The notes under the pieces are model-generated. The model did not search any database, had not been told where the DNA came from, and saw nothing but the letters and a program-made list of their open reading frames with translations. Shown here in pieces: positions 56,770 through 64,000 of a stretch of 64,000 nucleotides of DNA (position 1 is its first letter; every line of letters begins with the position of its first letter). This stretch comes from Gemmatimonadota bacterium (GTDB lineage: Bacteria; Gemmatimonadota; Gemmatimonadetes; Palauibacterales; KS3-K002). The DNA is taken from assembly GCA_039586795.1 (NCBI GenBank), contig JBDHJS010000006.1, forward strand, positions 9,408 through 73,407, written 5' to 3'. Both the position numbers and the translations under genes were made by a program.

Positions 56770-56962
56770 CCCGCTCCTCCTCAATTCCGATATCGGCTAG
56801 ACCCCGGTGAGCGCGCCTCTTCCCCGGGCGCACCCTCCCCGCGGCCTCTCACTTCTCTCTACGCGGGACGGCCCCTCCGGGTTTCAACCCGGCAGAATGC
56901 CGCCTCACTACCGGCCGGAAATCCAGCCACTCCTGCAGACCCAGCTATCATATCCTGCCAGG

Positions 56963-57006
56963 TTGACAGGCGCCACCCCTGTTTACATATGGCACACTTC
57001 GTGCCA
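56963..57006 (+). promoter_or_regulatory. Candidate promoter/operator upstream of groES: TTGACA...TACATA followed by the perfect palindrome TGGCACACTTCGTGCCA
   Basis: TTGACA at 56963-56968, TACATA at 56984-56989 (15-nt spacer). The palindrome at 56990-57006 is not CIRCE. It also has GG-N10-GC spacing like a sigma54 -24/-12 element. Confidence 0.3.
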
Positions 57007-57140
57007 TCTTCACAGGCTGACTTGTAGACCATCGTTCCGGAACAGCTAACCTGGCGACACCATGCCCCGCGGGGTTGGGGTGTATCCAGGCAGCCCGGTA
57101 CTTGAACAATACTGAAGTTTGAGAAAGGAGGAAAGCGTCC

Positions 57141-57440
57141 ATGAAGTTGCAGCCACTGGCCGATCGTGTGGTCGTTAAGCCGCTGGAGGAGACGGAGCAG
57201 ATGAAGGGCGGCCTCTACATTCCGGATACGGCCAAAGAGAAGCCCCAACAGGGCGAAGTGGTTGCCGTTGGCCCCGGCCGTGTGAGTGATGAGGGCAAGC
57301 GGATCGAGTCCGAGTTGAAGGTCGGCGACCGCGTGATCTATGGGAAGTACAGCGGCACCGAGGTCTCGGTCTCTGACGAGGACTATCTGATCCTCCGCGA
57401 GGCGGACGTCTTGGCCGTCGTAGCAAACGGCAAGAAGTAG
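57141..57440 (+). CDS. groES: Co-chaperonin GroES
   Basis: [53 protein letters not shown] is 8 nt upstream. Confidence 0.9.
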   Translation: MKLQPLADRVVVKPLEETEQMKGGLYIPDTAKEKPQQGEVVAVGPGRVSDEGKRIESELKVGDRVIYGKYSGTEVSVSDEDYLILREADVLAVVANGKK

Positions 57441-57472
57441 GACGCCCGGGTCTTGGCCCGGAGATTTACTGA

Positions 57473-59185
<1,713 letters not shown>

Positions 59186-59214
59186 CCCGTTTGCTGGGTG
59201 GTTGGTGTTTTGGC

Positions 59215-59247
59215 GGGGCCCGACGAGAGTCGGGCCCCGTTGCTTTT
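59215..59247 (+). terminator. Rho-independent terminator of groEL
   Basis: GGGGCCCGAC-GAGA-GTCGGGCCCC followed by GTTGCTTTTG. Confidence 0.7.
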
Positions 59248-59304
59248 GAGGGTTGGATGATGGGAATCGACAATTTGGATGCCGGGATTTCCAGAACCGG
59301 GGAT

Positions 59305-59355
59305 CCAATTATCGAATCGGATTCAACGATTCCCTCATTCAACGATTCGCGGAAG
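59305..59355 (-). repeat. Family A repeat, reverse copy (left inverted repeat flanking the four-helix-bundle gene)
   Basis: The reverse complement reads CTTCCGCGAATCGTTGAATGAGGGAATCGTTGAATCCGATTCGATAATTGG. Confidence 0.6.
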
Positions 59356-59363
59356 TGGAGGCG

Positions 59364-59738
59364 ATGGTGGGCAAGGCGTTCGATTTGGAGGATCGGTTGG
59401 TCGCGCTGGGCACGGAGGTTTCTAGGATTGCGTTGAGGCTGCCATCTGATCGGTTGGGGAAGCACGTTTCCGACCAGCTCATCAGGTGCGGGACGGCGCC
59501 CGCCGCCAACTGCGCCGAGGCACGCTCGTGCGAGTCGCGGCGCGACTTCATCCACAAGATGAAGGTCGGCCTCAAGGAACTCAGAGAAACGTTCGTGTGG
59601 CTGAAATACCTGCGGAACCTCGGTATGGGGCCTCGCGAGTCCATTGACGAAGCTCTCGGCGAAACCGACCAACTCATCGCCATCTTCGTCGCCAGCATCG
59701 GCACCGCCCGCCGCAACTCAAAACGGAACGATACCTGA
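59364..59738 (+). CDS. Four-helix-bundle protein (23S rRNA intervening-sequence protein family)
   Basis: MVGKAFDLEDRLVALGTEVSRIALRLP ... FIHKMKVGLKELRETFVWLKYL ... IAIFVASIGTARRN matches the family signatures. Length 124 aa. GGAGG is 3 nt upstream. Confidence 0.7.
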   Translation: MVGKAFDLEDRLVALGTEVSRIALRLPSDRLGKHVSDQLIRCGTAPAANCAEARSCESRRDFIHKMKVGLKELRETFVWLKYLRNLGMGPRESIDEALGETDQLIAIFVASIGTARRNSKRNDT

Positions 59739-59750
59739 CAAGTACGTTCA

Positions 59751-59802
59751 GGTTCCGCGACTCCAGAATGAGGGACTCGTTGAATCAGCTTCGATAATTG
59801 GG
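59751..59802 (+). repeat. Family A repeat, forward copy (right inverted repeat flanking the four-helix-bundle gene)
   Basis: GTTCCGCGACTCCAGAATGAGGGACTCGTTGAATCAGCTTCGATAATTGGG. Confidence 0.6.
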
Positions 59803-59934
59803 TTCGCCAATTCGAAATTCCCGATTTCCACAATCTCGATTCCCCCCAAGATTTGCCATGCGCCCAGCTAGCTGACTACATTTGATCCCACGACCGTGCG
59901 TTTTCGCAGCCTCAGACCTCGGACTGTGGTGTAA

Positions 59935-62583
59935 ATGCCCTCGGAAACCTGTATCCACTGTTCCACCCCGCTTCCCGACGGCAGCCAGCTGTGCGCCCAG
60001 TGCGGCACGCCGGTGCCGGGCAGCAGCTACTCGGATATGCCGACCCTCACCCCGCAGGGTCGGGAGATCTTCGAGCGGCTGCAGGAGGCGACCGAGGGGA
60101 AGTACGAGATCTTCCGCGAACTGGGCCGGGGCGGCATGGCCTTCGTTTTCCTTGGCCGTCAGAAGTCTCTCGATCGTCTGGTCGCCATCAAGGTCTTGCT
60201 TCCGATGCTTGCCTACGATCCCGAGCTCGTCGAGCGCTTCATGCGGGAGGCCAAGACCCAGGGCAAGCTCGACCATCCGAACATCATCAACGTGTTCGAA
60301 GTCTATAACGAGAGCGGACTCAGTTTCTTCACCGTGCCCTTCATTCAGGGACAGAGTCTGCGGGGTTACCTGAAGGACAATCTCCAGCCGCCGATCCCCA
60401 AGATCCGACGCTACATCGCCCAGGCCGCCGATGCCCTCGCCTACGCGCACAGGCGCGGCGTGGTCCACCGGGACATCAAGCCGGACAACATGCTCATCGA
60501 CGGCGAGCGGGACCGCATCGTCATCACCGACTTCGGGATCGCCAAGGCGCTGCAGGCGGAGACGACGCTGACCACGCCGGGCGATCTGTTGGGTACGCCG
60601 CAGTACATGTCGCCGGAGCAGGGAGAGGGGCGGCAGGATCTCGATGGACGCGCCGACCAGTATTCCCTCGCCCTGATCGCGTGGGAGATGCTCGCTGGAC
60701 GACGGCCCTTCCAGGCCGACAATCTGGCCGAGCTCATGTACCTGCACCGCTTCGAGGAGCCCGACGACATCGACGAGATCCGGCCGGATGCGCCTCGCAA
60801 CATGCGAGCCGCGATCAAGCGCTCGATCTCGAAGGATCGGGAAGAGCGGTTCGCCTCGATGATCGAGTTCCAGGAGGCGTTCGAGGCGCCCGATGATGTC
60901 GTTGTCGAAGCTCCGGCGGCGAAGCAAGAGCCACCGACGGGACTGGACGAAGAGACCATCCGCATCCCCACACCCACCAGTCTGAGGGAAAAGGTCGCAC
61001 CTCCCGAGGATGCGGAGGCCACCGAGGCGTGGACGCCGTCCGATGAGAAGATGCCATGGGACCAGACGGCCACTCCGGCGACGCCGGCAGCCGCAGCGCC
61101 CGCAACGGTCGATGAGTCCGACACCGTACTCCTCCAGACGGGCGAGCCCCGCAAGAGATCGCGTATTGGACTGCTCGTCGGCGGGAGCATGGTTGTCGTC
61201 GTTGCCGCTGCCCTCGTGTTCGTCTTCGACCCGTTCCAGATCGGCCAGGAGGCGTTCCGTGGTCCCGTCACGGCGCAGCCCGGGACGGAAACGCCCCAGG
61301 GCACGCAAGACGACAGGGAAGGCGGCGCTGAGGGCGGCGGTCAGGACGATGCCGCGCTGGCCACGGTCGACCCAGCCGGCGGCGGTACGCCCGAGGGTGG
61401 CGAGACGCCGGGCGGGACCGGTGAAGGCGGCGGCGCTCAGACCGGCGGCGCCCAGGTGGGCGATACCCCGACCGACGATACCCCGGTGGATGCTGGGCAG
61501 GGCGAGGTCGAACCGCCGGACGATTCCCGGACGCAGTACGAGGCTGAGCAGGCGCGTAATGCGCGCCGTAGTGCTTCAGACTGGCGGGACGCGGCGATCA
61601 CCGCCGGCGCGGCGACGCTTCTGCAGCCGCGGCTCGATTCCCTCGATAGCGTTCTTGCGGAGGCCGATCGGCAGATCGCCGACGGCAACTACGCGGCGGC
61701 GCGCGCCAGCCTGTCCGAGCTGATCCGAGGCTACACCGCGCTAAGAAACGACGCATCCAGCGCATCGGATGCGGCGGACGCGGTGCGCACGGCCGCCACC
61801 CAGGCGCGTCGGTCGGCGCTCGCGCAGCAGTCGAACGTCGTCCAGGCCGGCGGCGAGGTGTTTCTGGCCAGCGAGCTTCAGGCGTTGAACGGTCGAATGC
61901 AGCAAGCGCAAACCGCCCTCGACGATGAGCGTTTCGAGGACGCTAGCGATATGTACACGCAGTTGGCCACCGAACTGGAGGCGCTCGCCTCTCGGGTGCT
62001 CACTGAAGGCGCGGCCTCGGCGCGAGCGGCGCAGCAGGAGATGGAAGGCCAACGCACGGCGGCGAACGACGCGGGCGCCAACGAGTATGTGCCGGAGGAC
62101 TTGGCGAACGCCGACGCGATTCGCATCAGCGCGATGACCGCGCAAGGAGAGGAGCGCTACGCCGATGCCGTCACGCTCTTCGCACAGGCGCGGGACGCCT
62201 ACACTCAGGTCGCGATCGATGCCGCTGCCGCGGTTCCGGTGCTCAGTGCGGAAGATCAGGTGTCGGCTCTGATCGAGCAGTTCCGTGTTCTGTTCGAGCA
62301 GGAAGAGATCGGTCGCATGGGGTCCGAGCTGTACGGTGGTGAGGTGCCCGAGTCGGATGCCGACCTGATGAACTACATCTTCGGCCTCGCCGAAGGCATC
62401 AGCGCGACATCGACGGTGGAAAGGCTCGAGGTCGAAGGGAACACGGCCACAGCCGATATCCGCCTCGACCTCGATTTTCGCAACCAGCGGACCGGAAGCA
62501 ACCAGGACATGGACATGAGGCTACGCCTCGACTTCCAGTCCGCTTCCGACGGTTGGCGCCTGCGAAGCCTTCGCCGGCGCTAG
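59935..62583 (+). CDS. Ser/Thr protein kinase with an N-terminal zinc ribbon, a single TM segment and a long C-terminal extracytoplasmic Ala/Gly-rich domain
   Basis: CIHCSTPLPDGSQLCAQCG is the zinc ribbon. Kinase motifs LGRGGMAFVFLG ... VAIK ... HRDIKPDNML ... DFGIAK ... GTPQYMSPE. TM at LLVGGSMVVVVAAALVFVF. Confidence 0.8.
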   Translation: MPSETCIHCSTPLPDGSQLCAQCGTPVPGSSYSDMPTLTPQGREIFERLQEATEGKYEIFRELGRGGMAFVFLGRQKSLDRLVAIKVLLPMLAYDPELVERFMREAKTQGKLDHPNIINVFEVYNESGLSFFTVPFIQGQSLRGYLKDNLQPPIPKIRRYIAQAADALAYAHRRGVVHRDIKPDNMLIDGERDRIVITDFGIAKALQAETTLTTPGDLLGTPQYMSPEQGEGRQDLDGRADQYSLALIAWEMLAGRRPFQADNLAELMYLHRFEEPDDIDEIRPDAPRNMRAAIKRSISKDREERFASMIEFQEAFEAPDDVVVEAPAAKQEPPTGLDEETIRIPTPTSLREKVAPPEDAEATEAWTPSDEKMPWDQTATPATPAAAAPATVDESDTVLLQTGEPRKRSRIGLLVGGSMVVVVAAALVFVFDPFQIGQEAFRGPVTAQPGTETPQGTQDDREGGAEGGGQDDAALATVDPAGGGTPEGGETPGGTGEGGGAQTGGAQVGDTPTDDTPVDAGQGEVEPPDDSRTQYEAEQARNARRSASDWRDAAITAGAATLLQPRLDSLDSVLAEADRQIADGNYAAARASLSELIRGYTALRNDASSASDAADAVRTAATQARRSALAQQSNVVQAGGEVFLASELQALNGRMQQAQTALDDERFEDASDMYTQLATELEALASRVLTEGAASARAAQQEMEGQRTAANDAGANEYVPEDLANADAIRISAMTAQGEERYADAVTLFAQARDAYTQVAIDAAAAVPVLSAEDQVSALIEQFRVLFEQEEIGRMGSELYGGEVPESDADLMNYIFGLAEGISATSTVERLEVEGNTATADIRLDLDFRNQRTGSNQDMDMRLRLDFQSASDGWRLRSLRRR

Positions 62584-63242
62584 GACCCGCCGAAGAAGTA
62601 TTCGATTCCTATCGTCAGCTGAATATCGTTCTGAATCCTCGCGTCGCCCACAAGGTCGTCCTCTTTGTAGGACGATATATAGTCCTTGAAGTCGCCTCTA
62701 ATGTTGAAGTGCCTGGCCACCGAGTACTTCAGACCCAGACCGATCACTCCGGCGATATCCGTCGGCTTGTCAAACGTTCCGCCGACAGACTCCAGCGCCG
62801 GTTCCATGAAGTCGTCGATCCAGGATCCGCTTCGACTGACCACGCCAACACCGCCGGACAGATACACGGCCAGCGGCTCCAACGGTGGCTTGATGAACGC
62901 CCAAACCACGTTGAGGCTCCCCATGAACAAGCTGCCGGAGAACGTCGTGTCGATGAAAGCGTTGCCCAGCTGAGCCAGTCGGATTCGCACGTCGCTGGAC
63001 ACACCGCTGGCCTCCAGCTCGATCCCGATCCGGTCCGAGGGCCACACGGCAATTCGGGCGCCCACCGTACCCCCGATCTTCTGACCGAACCGGAGGAATA
63101 CGTCGGTTTCGACCTGGTCGTACAGGTCGTTCGTCGCGTCGTACAGTCCACCGTACAGGCCGAGGGTGAACTGCTGGGCGGCGAGTGCCGACGGCAACAT
63201 GAGGAAGAGAGCCGCGAGTACTACGGCACGGAATCGAGGCAT
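62580..63242 (-). CDS. Outer-membrane beta-barrel protein (OmpW/OmpA-N-like small porin)
   Basis: Start at the internal Met MPRFRAVVLAALFLMLPSALAAQQ (signal peptide). Alternating amphipathic beta-strands. C-terminal ...IGIEYFFGGS with a terminal aromatic residue. Confidence 0.55.
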   Translation of the reverse strand: MPRFRAVVLAALFLMLPSALAAQQFTLGLYGGLYDATNDLYDQVETDVFLRFGQKIGGTVGARIAVWPSDRIGIELEASGVSSDVRIRLAQLGNAFIDTTFSGSLFMGSLNVVWAFIKPPLEPLAVYLSGGVGVVSRSGSWIDDFMEPALESVGGTFDKPTDIAGVIGLGLKYSVARHFNIRGDFKDYISSYKEDDLVGDARIQNDIQLTIGIEYFFGGS

Positions 63243-63421
63243 AGGAACCTCCGAGCTTGTGGTCAGTGGGCTTTTGGACCGGCCCAAGATAGCACCTCCG
63301 CGCAGCTACTGGAAAGTGGCAGCCCAAGTAGCTTGTCCTACCTCATTGCCCAAACTAACATTGGCTTATACAGGGGTGCTCTCCCGCGCCGCCAGGACGG
63401 TCGCGCTTCAACCGTTTGTCG

Positions 63422-64000
63422 ATGAACACATGCTCACTATGTGAGACCCAGCTGGCCGAGGACAGTCTCTTCTGTCCGCGGTGCGGCGCGCCTACCGGCG
63501 GCGAGGACGAGCTCCTCGCCTCCTCGGCATCCGACCCCACCGGCCTGCTTGACCGCGTGCGCGAAGTCACCGATGGCGAGTTCACGATCATCCGTGAACT
63601 CGGTAGGGGTGGCATGGGACGGGTGTACCTCGCGCAGGAGATCGCCCTCGAGCGACGCGTGGCGATGAAGGTTCTACCGCCCACGTTGGCCGAGCAGCGC
63701 GAAGTCGTGGAGCGATTTCAGAGAGAGGCGCGTACCGCCGGCAAGCTCGTCCACCCGAATATCGTCCACGTCTACCAGGTCGTCGAACGCGGCGGTTTCT
63801 TCTTCTTCACCATGCCCTACGTCGCAGGACCGAACCTGCGGCAAGTCCTGCGATCAACGCCTCAGCTGGAGCCGGAGATCGGTGTTCGTTACCTGCAGGA
63901 GGCTGCCGCCGGGCTCGCCTACGCTCACGCCCGCGGTGTGATTCACAGAGACATCAAACCCGAGAACATGCTGATGGAGGGCAGCCGCGACGGTCGGCTG
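63422..64000 (+). CDS. Ser/Thr protein kinase with an N-terminal zinc ribbon; a paralog of 59935..62583, running off the window end
   Basis: ATG at 63422 gives MNTCSLCETQLAEDSLFCPRCGAPTGG... then IRELGRGGMGRVYLAQE ... VAMKVL ... HRDIKPENML. The frame stays open to position 64000. The ORF track shows only fragments in other frames. Confidence 0.7.
   Translation, partial: MNTCSLCETQLAEDSLFCPRCGAPTGGEDELLASSASDPTGLLDRVREVTDGEFTIIRELGRGGMGRVYLAQEIALERRVAMKVLPPTLAEQREVVERFQREARTAGKLVHPNIVHVYQVVERGGFFFFTMPYVAGPNLRQVLRSTPQLEPEIGVRYLQEAAAGLAYAHARGVIHRDIKPENMLMEGSRDGRL

Overview
This is a gene-dense, high-GC (about two-thirds G+C by eye) bacterial chromosomal segment with around 55 protein-coding genes and three tRNAs. 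The tRNAs are Ser-TGA, Ser-GCT and a CAT-anticodon Ile2/Met. Most genes are core housekeeping: arfB, gltX, tadA, the pyrR-pyrB-pyrC operon, rpsT, scpAB, rluB, pcm, selD, trkAH, secDF, tatD, mutL, miaA, uppP, nadC, coaX and groESL. The accessory content includes a large FtsX/MacB-type ABC permease, a MoxR-DUF58-BatABCD aerotolerance-type operon, a type IV pilus minor-pilin cluster ending in two tandem 730-750 aa PilX-N-domain paralogs, and three Hanks-type Ser/Thr kinases. The gene content (large FtsX/MacB-type permease, Bat operon, high GC) suggests Gemmatimonadota or Acidobacteriota, but that is inference only. There is no CRISPR array, no rRNA, and no recognisable transposase, integrase or phage gene. 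The findings that deserve a second look are: (1) selD is a selenoprotein with an in-frame TGA (Sec) and a SECIS-like hairpin, which naive ORF calling splits in two. (2) A roughly 50-bp inverted-repeat family occurs as an empty head-to-head pair at 20.4 kb and as the same pair flanking a four-helix-bundle (23S-rRNA-IVS-type) protein gene at 59.3-59.8 kb, i.e. a MITE-like cassette with and without cargo. (3) A second family of palindromic intergenic repeats sits downstream of four genes. (4) The pilin cluster, with its duplicated tip-protein-like genes and an AT-rich upstream island. (5) A 549 aa Rossmann-fold protein of unknown function lies between rluB and the Bat operon.
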